Shown: positions 1 to 7,955 of the stretch, one piece after another
Layout: the number at the start of each line of letters is the position of its first letter
Numbering within the stretch: the first letter of the stretch is position 1
Virus record (IMG/VR): IMGVR_UViG_3300020214_000011
Source of the DNA: an uncultured virus (IMG/VR IMGVR_UViG_3300020214_000011)
Lineage: Duplodnaviria; Heunggongvirae; Uroviricota; Caudoviricetes
Length of the DNA: 20,000 nucleotides
Reading direction: 5' to 3' (one strand)
Translations under genes and position numbers: made by a program
The notes under the pieces: model-generated
Database searches by the model: none
The model's input: the letters and a program-made list of their open reading frames with translations, nothing else
Told to the model about the DNA's origin: nothing

Positions 1-1
1 C

Positions 2-1456
2 GACGGAACGCCGGACGAGCAACCAGTCAAGAAGAAGCCCGGTCGCGGCCAGCCATATCAAAGAATGGACAACTCCTTCCTCGAGAAGCGCAGGAGGAGG
101 CACGTCAACCGGTCGCTCAGGGAGCAGGGCATAACCCCGACTCAGGGCAACCAAATACACGAACACGACGACGGATCGCTTCATACTTACGGACGCAGCG
201 ACGAGGAGAGGGAGGCGAGGGGACAAGCGAGGGCCGACTTCACCGTCGAAGAGGACAGAAAGAGGTTCGTCAACAATCAATTGCGCAAGAGGGGAATAAA
301 ACCAGCTGAAGGCAACTTTACTGTTGATCCGGAAACTGGAGGAAAATACTGGAACGCTCCAAACAGAAGCGACGAGGAGCGTCAGGCCAGGCGAGAGGCG
401 AGGGATGAGTACAACCGCCGCATGAACGCGGGCAAGCCGAGACAGAAGCCGTCCACCGGGGAACCCGCCAAACCGCCGGTGAAGTATCCACCTGGATACG
501 TTCCCGGCCTGCCTGCCGACAGGTACCCTGACCCTGGTGCGTACGTTCCAGGTAAACCGGCCGATCGTTACCCCCAGGCGCAGAAGCCGGGAGTTCGCTT
601 CCCCACGGCCGACGACGCCAGGAAGGTAAACGAGCGAAAGTTCCCGCCCCCGAGGGGCTCGGCGAAACCGAGCACCGGCGGCGTCGTGGACGACGGAAGG
701 TACATCAACGAAAACCCGCAGTTCTACGACTTCCAGACCTGGGAGGACAGGCAAATCCTCGACCAGCGCAATGACAAAAAGCGCCAGGCCGCACACGACG
801 CGGCCAAGGCGCGTTACGCCGCAGCGGAAAGGGAGAGGGCCACCAGAAAAGCGGAATCAAAACGGCCGACTCCTCCGTCCGCACCGCAAAGGACTTCAAG
901 TCGCCCCACCACTCCGAGCCGGGAACCGCGCAATCTGAAGGAACGATTGGTGACGAACGTTTTCAAAGACGATGAGAGGCGCTCAAGCAACGGCACGGCC
1001 CGGGACCGCGACACGCGACCGGCACCGAATCGGCCCACGGGGGGAAACCGCGACACGCGACCGGCACCGGATCGGCCAACGGGGGGAGACCGCGACACGC
1101 GACCGGGGGACCCACCGCTTCGCGCTCGCATTCCCGAACCTGGATCACCGCCGCAACGAACCACGGAACCGGGCAGGTACGGACGTCCCGGCGATCCACC
1201 GCTTCGCGCGCGACGACCTGGACCTGGAGACCCACCTCCTCGGACGGAAATAGTTCCGAGGGGCGACGACGACCGACGACCAAGGCCGGCGACCATCAAT
1301 CCTCGCGAAATTCCTGGCCGCGACGTGCAAAAGAATCCTCCGTCTCGTACGAAACCGATAACCAGAACGCCGAATCCGAACCGCAGAAATCCCGACTCCG
1401 ACCGAGATCGCCGACCGCGCACTGGAAGGAACTTCGGTCAGGAGCGTGGTAAGTGA
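2..1456 (+). CDS. Large Pro/Arg-rich low-complexity repeat protein, probably 5'-truncated by the window edge
   Basis: Frame is open from base 2 through ATG65 to TGA1456. It has internal repeats: VNxxLRxxGIxPxxGN..RSDEERxAR x2, YVPGxPADRYP x2, RDTRPAPxRPTGG x2.4 and PGDPPLRAR x2. The stop overlaps the next start. Confidence 0.7.
   Translation, partial: DGTPDEQPVKKKPGRGQPYQRMDNSFLEKRRRRHVNRSLREQGITPTQGNQIHEHDDGSLHTYGRSDEEREARGQARADFTVEEDRKRFVNNQLRKRGIKPAEGNFTVDPETGGKYWNAPNRSDEERQARREARDEYNRRMNAGKPRQKPSTGEPAKPPVKYPPGYVPGLPADRYPDPGAYVPGKPADRYPQAQKPGVRFPTADDARKVNERKFPPPRGSAKPSTGGVVDDGRYINENPQFYDFQTWEDRQILDQRNDKKRQAAHDAAKARYAAAERERATRKAESKRPTPPSAPQRTSSRPTTPSREPRNLKERLVTNVFKDDERRSSNGTARDRDTRPAPNRPTGGNRDTRPAPDRPTGGDRDTRPGDPPLRARIPEPGSPPQRTTEPGRYGRPGDPPLRARRPGPGDPPPRTEIVPRGDDDRRPRPATINPREIPGRDVQKNPPSRTKPITRTPNPNRRNPDSDRDRRPRTGRNFGQERGK
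1005..1106 (+). repeat. 42-bp coding tandem repeat, about 2.4 copies
   Basis: ACCGCGACACGCGACCGG recurs at 1005, 1047 and 1089, encoding a 14-aa unit. Confidence 0.9.
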
Positions 1457-1857
1457 TGCAAAGGTTCTGGTACGGAGCGAAGGTGCTCAACGTGGTCGAC
1501 GGGGACACCGTGGACCTGATGATCGACCTCGGCTTCAACATTCACCACAAGATCAGGGTCCGCCTCTTCGGGGTGAACACCCCCGAGTCGAGGACCAAGG
1601 ACGCGGCCGAGAAGGAGATGGGCCTGAAGGCCAAGTCGTTCACCAAGGACTGGCTCGACAGGCACCAGTGGGTCTTCGTGAACACCATCCCGGACAAGAA
1701 CGACAAGTACGGGAGGATCCTGGCGAAGGTCTACTCATCGGACAAGGTGGACGACCCGACGACGGCGTGCCTCAACGTCGACATCGTGCAGGCGGGTTTC
1801 GCCAGGGAGTACTATGGCGTCGGCGACAAGACCTGGGCGGAGTACAAGCACAAGTGA
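1453..1857 (+). CDS. Thermonuclease (SNase-like) family nuclease
   Basis: VVDGDT, RVRLFGVNTPE, DKYGRILA and LNVDIVQAGFA motifs. AGGAG lies upstream; ATG1456 is an alternative start. Confidence 0.9.
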   Translation: MMQRFWYGAKVLNVVDGDTVDLMIDLGFNIHHKIRVRLFGVNTPESRTKDAAEKEMGLKAKSFTKDWLDRHQWVFVNTIPDKNDKYGRILAKVYSSDKVDDPTTACLNVDIVQAGFAREYYGVGDKTWAEYKHK

Positions 1858-2060
1858 GAGACGCGGACAAGACAGACCTCGACGAGAGGTTCGAGGCCAT
1901 GGAGAAGCGCATTTCGGAGCTGGAGGCGCTCGTGGCGTCGCTCTCCCGACCGAAGGAGAAGAGCGACAAACCGCTGCCGGAGATGCCGAAGTTCGACTGG
2001 CGGAACAACCTGGGCATCGCCACCGTCTACGACATCTACAGCGGCAAGGCCAACCTCTAG
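1854..2060 (+). CDS. Small hypothetical protein with a coiled-coil segment (68 aa)
   Basis: GTG start overlaps the nuclease stop (GTGA). MRDADKTDLDERFEAMEKRISELEALV..., with high GC3. Confidence 0.7.
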   Translation: MRDADKTDLDERFEAMEKRISELEALVASLSRPKEKSDKPLPEMPKFDWRNNLGIATVYDIYSGKANL

Positions 2061-2665
2061 GCGATCTCCCTCAGGGGGAGGAGGAAGCTTCCCGCCTCCC
2101 ACATCAACCCGATCGAGGCGTACCCCATCACGTCCACGACATTGTCCGTGATCGACTCGTTCTTGGGGTCGTCGGTCGCACCCCTCGCCACGAGGTTCTC
2201 GAGGCGCGCAACCTTGTCCTGGATCCTCACGATCAGCCCGACCCTGCCGAACCTCCTGATGTTTTCGTGGCCGTAGTCCATCTGCTTCCTGACCAGAACC
2301 CCGTGAACGTGGTCGGCGATGTTGGTGCTCGACATCATGGACGCCGGGCACACCTGCGAACCGAACATCCTCGCGTAGAAACCCACCTGTCTCCACGCCT
2401 CGGTCACCGCGACGACGGGCGCTGAGTTGCGCGACACGATGCCGTTCTCGTTGAACTGCAGGTCTATGAGGGAGTTCACGGAGCTCCTGAGCATCTTGAG
2501 CGTTCCGTCCACCCCGTAATCCTTCGTGTTGATCATCGGTCGGTAGTGATTGAGATTGAACGGCCTGCACACGTACTGCCCGCTCGCGTTGGGAAGGAAC
2601 AGCAGGAGCGCGTTCATCGCGGCATCGTCCCATGTTGAAGCCGTCACCGGATCAAACCTATTCAA
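2057..2665 (-). CDS. DUF1599 / nucleotide-modification-associated domain 1 (Nmad1)-like protein
   Basis: The C-terminal RKQMDYG..IRRFG..GLIVRIQDKVARLENL..ESITDNVVDVMGYA pattern is typical of this all-helical phage family. Confidence 0.65.
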   Translation of the reverse strand: MNRFDPVTASTWDDAAMNALLLFLPNASGQYVCRPFNLNHYRPMINTKDYGVDGTLKMLRSSVNSLIDLQFNENGIVSRNSAPVVAVTEAWRQVGFYARMFGSQVCPASMMSSTNIADHVHGVLVRKQMDYGHENIRRFGRVGLIVRIQDKVARLENLVARGATDDPKNESITDNVVDVMGYASIGLMWEAGSFLLPLREIA

Positions 2666-4193
2666 GGACGGCCCCGTACTTCCTCGCGATCCACTCCGCG
2701 ACGGGGGCGGCGACGCCGTTGCCGCACTGCTTGTACCTGTGCGTGTCGCTGACTTCCTCGCCTTCGTCAGTCCACCTCGTGTGGTCCCTCGGCCATCCCA
2801 TCAGCGCCTCGCACTCCGATGGCATGAGCCTCCTCACGACCATGTTCTGCACTACGCCGCTGGATTGCTTCGTCCCGGCGCGCAACGAGTGGTGGATCCC
2901 GCCGTCCACGAGCCTGTTGTTGTACTCGTCGTACGCGACGGCGCCGTCGGGCTCGATGACGAGATTCTCGCCGCGCGACGACGGCACGCCGCCGTCACCG
3001 CCGGACCTGAGGGTCATGGCGAGACCGTCGTTGACGTCCGTGTGGGCCACGGCGTGGCCGGCGCCCCCGGTCCTGAGCGTCGGGAAGGCGATCTCGGACG
3101 GCTGGGCGTCGAGGCACTGGGTGTGGGAGAAACCGATTGCCTGTGCGACCATCGGGGTGTTCAGGCCACCCGTGCCCATGAACGCCGTGAGCGTGTTCAC
3201 CGTGTCCCCCTGCATCCTCACGCCGTCCTGCCGGTGCGCGTGGAAGACCATCGTCTCCGGGTACTCGTAGGCGACCAGGGTCTCGCTGCCACCGCCGATG
3301 TCCCCGCCGGCTGCGCGGAGGGTGCCGATCCCGTCTACATACTTGGAGAAGCTCGACTGCGTGAACACTTGGGCGCCCGACACGACGAGATCGGTGGCGT
3401 CCTTGTGGTCGCGCGCCTTGATGGCGGAGGCTGTCTCGTCGGAGGCGTAGTCGCCGAAACCGCGCATCCTGAACCCCTCCTGGTCATGCTCGGTTTCTAG
3501 TCCGAAGTCGAGTTGCCCTTGTCCCGGTCCTGGTTCTTGTCCACGACCGCCTGCAGCGCCGCCTTCAGCCGGGGAGGAAGCGTCTTGTTTCTCCTTATCG
3601 CCCTTCTTAGAATGCCTGCGCAAGCCCTCGCCGACAGGTAATATCGGGAAGGTACTTCGCTCTGCGGCGCCAGAATCGAAGAGAGAACACACGAAGATGC
3701 GCCTTCGTCGCTGGGGGATTCCGAAGTGCTGCGCATCCAGCACTGCCCACTCGACAGCCACAGCCCCTGCGTCAGCCATTTCGTCGAGGACGACCCCGAA
3801 GTCAGCGCCTTTGTTGGAGTTGAGGGCTCCTGGGACGTTCTCCCATATTGCCAGTCTTGGAAAAGTTCCGTTTGTTGCATCGCGCATCTCCCTGATAATC
3901 CGCATTGCCTCGTGAAACAAACCGGACCGAGAACCAGTGAGACCAGCCCTCTTCCCGGCGACGGAAAGATCCTGGCATGGAGAGCCGAAGTTTATTGCGT
4001 CGACTGGCTCCAGCAACCTCCCGTTGACGTCCTTTACGTCGTAGTGCTTCGGAACGTCCGGCCAGTGCCTGCGGAGGATCCGCTGGCACTGCTCGTCCCA
4101 TTCCGCCTGCCATCGGCAACGCCAGCCGGCGGCCTCGAATCCGAGATCGAAGCCACCGACGCCGGCGAAAAGACTGCCGAAAGTCAGGGTCAG
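2658..4193 (-). CDS. DNA (cytosine-5)-methyltransferase with an expanded variable region; inferred CTG start
   Basis: Motif I SLFAGVGGFD lies upstream of the ORF-track start (4016) in the same open frame. Also IV GSPCQD, VI WENV, VIII QRRRRIF, IX RRLMPSECEALMGW and X YKQCGNGV. Confidence 0.92.
   Translation of the reverse strand: MTLTFGSLFAGVGGFDLGFEAAGWRCRWQAEWDEQCQRILRRHWPDVPKHYDVKDVNGRLLEPVDAINFGSPCQDLSVAGKRAGLTGSRSGLFHEAMRIIREMRDATNGTFPRLAIWENVPGALNSNKGADFGVVLDEMADAGAVAVEWAVLDAQHFGIPQRRRRIFVCSLFDSGAAERSTFPILPVGEGLRRHSKKGDKEKQDASSPAEGGAAGGRGQEPGPGQGQLDFGLETEHDQEGFRMRGFGDYASDETASAIKARDHKDATDLVVSGAQVFTQSSFSKYVDGIGTLRAAGGDIGGGSETLVAYEYPETMVFHAHRQDGVRMQGDTVNTLTAFMGTGGLNTPMVAQAIGFSHTQCLDAQPSEIAFPTLRTGGAGHAVAHTDVNDGLAMTLRSGGDGGVPSSRGENLVIEPDGAVAYDEYNNRLVDGGIHHSLRAGTKQSSGVVQNMVVRRLMPSECEALMGWPRDHTRWTDEGEEVSDTHRYKQCGNGVAAPVAEWIARKYGAVLE
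3497..3880 (-). CDS. Nested +1-frame gene inside the methyltransferase, M.EcoHK31I beta-subunit-like (127 aa)
   Basis: It has its own AGGGAG-7nt-ATG. The C-terminal LSSIL..VPSRYYLSARACAGILRRAIRRNKTLPPRLKAAL matches, from memory, the alternative-frame beta polypeptides of C5 MTases. The host frame loses its GC3 bias here. Confidence 0.7.
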   Translation of the reverse strand: MQQTELFQDWQYGRTSQEPSTPTKALTSGSSSTKWLTQGLWLSSGQCWMRSTSESPSDEGASSCVLSSILAPQSEVPSRYYLSARACAGILRRAIRRNKTLPPRLKAALQAVVDKNQDRDKGNSTSD

Positions 4194-4678
4194 AAGGGTT
4201 CTTCTCCGTCGAACGCAGGCTGGTTCGAGCCACCGACCCTCGCAGGTTGCTTGGACTGCGACGAGGTGGTGCCACGGACATTGCCGCGACCCTGCTCCTT
4301 GCCGTTGCCTTCGCCCTGTTGGCGCTGCTTGCGGTCAAACTTCTCGATGGAGCGGACCGAGATCCCGATCTCGTCGGCGAGCACGTGGATGGCCGAGCGC
4401 TTCTTGCCCGTCTCCTTGTCGTCCCAGCTCTCCTGCTCGAGGCGGCCGGTCACGGTGACCCGGACTCCCTTGGCGAGGATTCCGGCGCCGTCCTCGGCGA
4501 GGTTCCTCCAGGCGACGACGTTGAAGAAAGAGGTCTTCTCCTGCTTCTCGCCCTTGGCGTCGGTCCAGTAGTTGTTTACCGCGACCGAGAACTGCAGCTT
4601 GGCAGTCCCCGAATCGAAGTACCTCACCTCGGGGTCGGCCGTGAGGTTTCCGGTGATTGTTACAGGCGCTAGTGACAT
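4190..4678 (-). CDS. ssb: Single-stranded DNA-binding protein
   Basis: ITGNLTADPEVRY, FFNVVAWRNLAE, KGVRVTVTGRL and an acidic tail DGEEPF. GAGGAGG precedes ATG4678. Confidence 0.95.
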   Translation of the reverse strand: MSLAPVTITGNLTADPEVRYFDSGTAKLQFSVAVNNYWTDAKGEKQEKTSFFNVVAWRNLAEDGAGILAKGVRVTVTGRLEQESWDDKETGKKRSAIHVLADEIGISVRSIEKFDRKQRQQGEGNGKEQGRGNVRGTTSSQSKQPARVGGSNQPAFDGEEPF

Positions 4679-4717
4679 GTCAGTATCCTCCTCGTGTCGG
4701 TTGAATTCGCCACTCGC

Positions 4718-4766
4718 AGCATACCACCTCCGGCGGTTTGCGTCAAGGACAATCCCGTGATAGTCT
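4718..4766. promoter_or_regulatory. Overlapping divergent sigmaA-type promoters
   Basis: Minus strand: TTGACG(4746-4741)-17-TATGCT(4723-4718) for ssb. Plus strand: TTGCGT(4738)-17-TAGTCT(4761)-7nt-ATG4774, leaderless. Confidence 0.65.
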
Positions 4767-4773
4767 GATGGGT

Positions 4774-5052
4774 ATGAACGCTGGCCCAATGACGCCCGAA
4801 AAGGCGCGACTGTACGTGATCGACCAACTCCAGGACGCCATCTTCGAGATGTCGTTTGACCCCGAGGCGGCCGAGTCCGAGCAGCAGGAGTTCTTCGATC
4901 GTTGCGGAGACGTGGCTCGAGGCATCATTGAGCTCACCCAGGCCGAAGTCACGGCTGTGGACGAGGACGGCAACGCCCACCTGAAGTTCTTGCTCGCGCA
5001 CCTGACCGACGGGAAGATACCGCCCAGGGACGGCAAAAAGGTAGCCTCCTGA
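4774..5052 (+). CDS. Hypothetical protein
   Basis: ORF with phage-like codon bias; start chosen from the leaderless promoter geometry. Confidence 0.7.
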   Translation: MNAGPMTPEKARLYVIDQLQDAIFEMSFDPEAAESEQQEFFDRCGDVARGIIELTQAEVTAVDEDGNAHLKFLLAHLTDGKIPPRDGKKVAS

Positions 5053-5063
5053 TTTCCCCCGCA

Positions 5064-5300
5064 GTGAAGGACGAGAACAGCCTTGATCCGGCTTTCGTCA
5101 AATCGGAATTGGACGAAGCGGAAAAGAAGATCAACAACATCGTCTGCGAACATCACTGGTTCGCGTCGGAGTTCGCTTTGTATTCGCCACTACACCCCAA
5201 CGGCGGAGAAGAGGACGAGTTTCTTCACGCCCTCGGAATGGCTCACGATTGGCTGAGACAGGCGATGGTTTACTACGACGAAATGCACGAAGACGAATAG
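5064..5300 (+). CDS. Acidic hypothetical protein (78 aa)
   Basis: Fills the gap between the previous gene and the tmRNA 3' end. Confidence 0.6.
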   Translation: MKDENSLDPAFVKSELDEAEKKINNIVCEHHWFASEFALYSPLHPNGGEEDEFLHALGMAHDWLRQAMVYYDEMHEDE

Positions 5301-5680
5301 TGGAGCTGGGGGGAATCGAACCCCCGTCCGAGCGGATACCGAAGAGATTGCTACGACCGTTCCCGTTTCGGCGCTGACGCTGCGTCGCCGACGGGTCGGC
5401 CGCCTAGTCGCCTAGGCCGCGTCCCGTCTTTCCGGGATGTCGTCGGGCTTTCGTTCCCCGAGGTCAACGGTCTTTCCCGTCGTCGTCCCCGCTTCTGTTG
5501 CCGGGCTGCGGTGGATCGGCCCCGTGTGACCTTGCGGCTCACGAGTGCTCTCCTACCGCTTGATTAGGCGGCGAGAGCGAACTGCTTGTTGGCAGTTGTT
5601 TGGTTGCCCTGTTTTGCGAGTCTGAGCAACTCGGGTCGCACCCTCCACGGACAGACCGATCGTCGAAACCTGTCAGCCCC
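5301..5680 (-). ncRNA. ssrA: tmRNA, tag peptide (A)ANKQFALAA* at 5593-5564
   Basis: 5' GGGGCTGACAGGTTTCGAC and 3' GGGGGTTCGATTCCCCCCAGCTCCA form an Ala acceptor stem with G3.U70 and a T-arm. The internal frame ends FALAA-TAA; length about 380 nt; 3' CCA is not encoded. Confidence 0.95.
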
Positions 5681-5696
5681 TTGAGATTGCGTCTTC

Positions 5697-5702
5697 ATTA
5701 TA
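5697..5702 (-). promoter_or_regulatory. -10 element for tmRNA
   Basis: Perfect TATAAT 16 nt upstream of the mature 5' end; no clear -35. Confidence 0.5.
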
Positions 5703-5737
5703 GCGCATTGTCTATATTGAGTTTCCCCGCGGTGGGA

Positions 5738-7681
5738 TCACTTGTCGCCCAGTCCCCTCTCCAGCAGCGACATCACCAGCTGCTCGACGCCCTCCCTCTC
5801 CAGTTCGTCCGTGGTTCCGTCCACGGCGGCGTTGACGATCTCGCGCTTCGACTCGATCAGCCTGTAGATCCTCTCGTCCACGGTTCCGTCGGCGATCGAG
5901 TAGGTGACCATCACGGACCCCTTCTGGCCGAGCCTGTGGCATCGGGAGTAGAGCTGGTCGACGTCGGCGGGCGTCCACGGAAGCTCCACGAAAAGGACCT
6001 TCTGCGCGGCGGTGAGCGTGTGGCCCGTCTTCGCAGCCTGGATGGACAGCACGATGGCCGGGGCCTCCTCGACTGGGAGCGTCTGGAACTTCCTCTTCGC
6101 CTCCTCCACCTCCTCCACCTTCATGCCGCCCTGGATCTTGAGACCGCCGAACTCGGCGGCCAGCTCGTCAACGACGTCCCTGTGGTGGGCGGCGATGACG
6201 ACCTTCTGGCCGGCCTCGATGTTCGCCTGCACCCACTCCTTGATGGATTCCATCTTCGCCTTGGCGGCGAGCCTGCGGAGCACGGAGACCTTCACGAGGT
6301 GCAGGTGCGACTCCGTCCTCATCTTGGCCGCGACGGCGGCGGACCTCGGGGACTTGCCGAGCTCCCTGGCGATCTCCTTGGCCCTCTCGACGAGGTACTC
6401 GACGATGTCGTCCTCGGCCTTGGCGTACTCCTTGGCGTGCTTCTCGCTCATGCCCACGTGGTACATGTCGTGAACCACGTCGGGGAGCTCCGCGAGCACC
6501 TGGTCCTTGGTCCTCCTGATGTAGCACGACGACCGGAGCCTGTCGTTGAGCTCCTCGAGGTTGGACGCGCCGCTGAGGATCCAGTGGCCGAACTTGTCCT
6601 TGAACGCGTCGCAGTAGCGGCGGTAGAAACCCCACTCTCCGCCGAGCTCGTCCAGTCGCCCGATTATGCCGAGCTGGCTGGCGTACTCCATGGGCCTGTT
6701 GGTCACCGGGGTCCCCGTCAGGCACAGGACAATACCCGTGCCTATTCGCTTGGCTATCTTCGTCGCCGCCCTGGTTCGCTGCGCCTCCTTCGTCTTCAGG
6801 TAGTGGGACTCGTCGCAGATGAGGCTCTGGTAATCGATCAGGGCCCTCACCCAGTGGTGGATGTTTGAGTACCCGAGGACGAGAACGTCGTGCTTCTCCT
6901 CCGGGAAGTTCTTCCTGTCGGTGACCACGGAGACGCTGCGATGCGGAGCCCACCTCGCGTACTCGGCCTTCCAGTTCAGGACGAGGTTCGGGGGGCAAAC
7001 GACCACGACCGGGAACACCGAGCACCCGTTCTGCTCGGCGTATTCCAGCGTCGCTATCGCCTGGAGCGTCTTGCCGAGCCCCATGTCGTCCGCGATGAAG
7101 CACCGGCGGGCGTTGAACGCGTAGCTGACGCCCGCCAACTGGTAGGGGAGCAGCTTGCCCTTGATGCCGTCTATCTTGATGTCGGCCGACTCGGCCCTTG
7201 ACGCCTCGTTCATCGTCTTGCTCTCAAGTTTCCGGGACTCTGCGTACGCGCGCAGGTAGACGGGCACGCCCATCTTGAACGACTCGGCGAACCCTATGAC
7301 CTCCATGGCCGAGCTCATCGGGACCTTCCATGCCTTCGTATCCGAGTTCCACGTGACGCCAGGGATCTTCTTGACCTGCCGCACCTTCACCTCGTCCCAA
7401 CCGAAGTCGATGTACGCCCAGTTGTCGGTGCATGTTATTCCGCCCGGGTCGTGGAGCCGGCTCGGTGCGTCGAACCTCATGACCGCTGGGTCAATCCTGA
7501 ACCCCCTCGCGGAGGCGAAGTCCCTCGCCTCCCGGATGCTCGTGGCGGGGAAACGCCAGACCTTGCCGACCTTGTCCCAGCGCGCCCCCCGGATGCACTT
7601 GACCGCCTGCACGTCGGACGCGTCGTAGGGGAAGTCCATCACGAGCTCGCCGTCCCCGAGCCACAGGTACTTCTGGCTCAC
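5738..7681 (-). CDS. SNF2-family ATPase/helicase, SMARCAL1/HARP-like
   Basis: IADDMGLGKT, ICDESH, LTGTP, GHTLTAA and QLYSRCHRLGQ motifs, plus two N-terminal HARP-like repeats. GTG7681 overlaps the whiB stop. Confidence 0.92.
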   Translation of the reverse strand: MSQKYLWLGDGELVMDFPYDASDVQAVKCIRGARWDKVGKVWRFPATSIREARDFASARGFRIDPAVMRFDAPSRLHDPGGITCTDNWAYIDFGWDEVKVRQVKKIPGVTWNSDTKAWKVPMSSAMEVIGFAESFKMGVPVYLRAYAESRKLESKTMNEASRAESADIKIDGIKGKLLPYQLAGVSYAFNARRCFIADDMGLGKTLQAIATLEYAEQNGCSVFPVVVVCPPNLVLNWKAEYARWAPHRSVSVVTDRKNFPEEKHDVLVLGYSNIHHWVRALIDYQSLICDESHYLKTKEAQRTRAATKIAKRIGTGIVLCLTGTPVTNRPMEYASQLGIIGRLDELGGEWGFYRRYCDAFKDKFGHWILSGASNLEELNDRLRSSCYIRRTKDQVLAELPDVVHDMYHVGMSEKHAKEYAKAEDDIVEYLVERAKEIARELGKSPRSAAVAAKMRTESHLHLVKVSVLRRLAAKAKMESIKEWVQANIEAGQKVVIAAHHRDVVDELAAEFGGLKIQGGMKVEEVEEAKRKFQTLPVEEAPAIVLSIQAAKTGHTLTAAQKVLFVELPWTPADVDQLYSRCHRLGQKGSVMVTYSIADGTVDERIYRLIESKREIVNAAVDGTTDELEREGVEQLVMSLLERGLGDK

Positions 7682-7926
7682 GCCGCCGACCTCTTGGCCT
7701 TCTTCTTGATTCGCTTGCGCTCGCTCTCGGTCTTGCCTCCCCATATGCCGTGCTCTATGTCGTTGTCGAGGGCGTACTGGAGGCACTTCTTGCGGACGAA
7801 GCAGATCGAGCACGCCTGCAGGGCCTTCTTCGGTTTCTTCCTGCCGATCGGGAAGAAGTCGTCCGTCTGCGGGATCGTCGCACACCTTGCTTTGCGTCGC
7901 CAGGACTCGCCTGATATGTGGATCAT
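7678..7926 (-). CDS. whiB: WhiB-family Fe-S transcription factor (82 aa)
   Basis: W..KARC, FFP, CxxCxVRxxC, GIWGG and a basic tail. AAGGAG precedes ATG7926. Confidence 0.93.
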   Translation of the reverse strand: MIHISGESWRRKARCATIPQTDDFFPIGRKKPKKALQACSICFVRKKCLQYALDNDIEHGIWGGKTESERKRIKKKAKRSAA

Positions 7927-7955
7927 GTAGGTACTCCTTGTAAGTAGCAAGGTGC

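Noticed and set aside
2847..3700. Intein or intron in the long methyltransferase insertion
   Set aside because: No intein termini (C/S start, HN-C/S/T end) or homing-endonuclease motifs; better explained by the nested gene and TRD repeats.
5301..5340. Standalone tRNA or prophage att site
   Set aside because: It pairs with the 5' end at 5680 as a full tmRNA; there is no duplicate or integrase in the window and both flanks are phage-like.
5600..6868. Long antisense and alternative-frame ORFs (also 814-1422, 1812-2633, 2550-3500, 3726-4571, 6168-7103, 11281-12396, 12063-13268)
   Set aside because: Shadows of high-GC3 genes with no recognisable motifs, unlike the nested ORF at 3497-3880.
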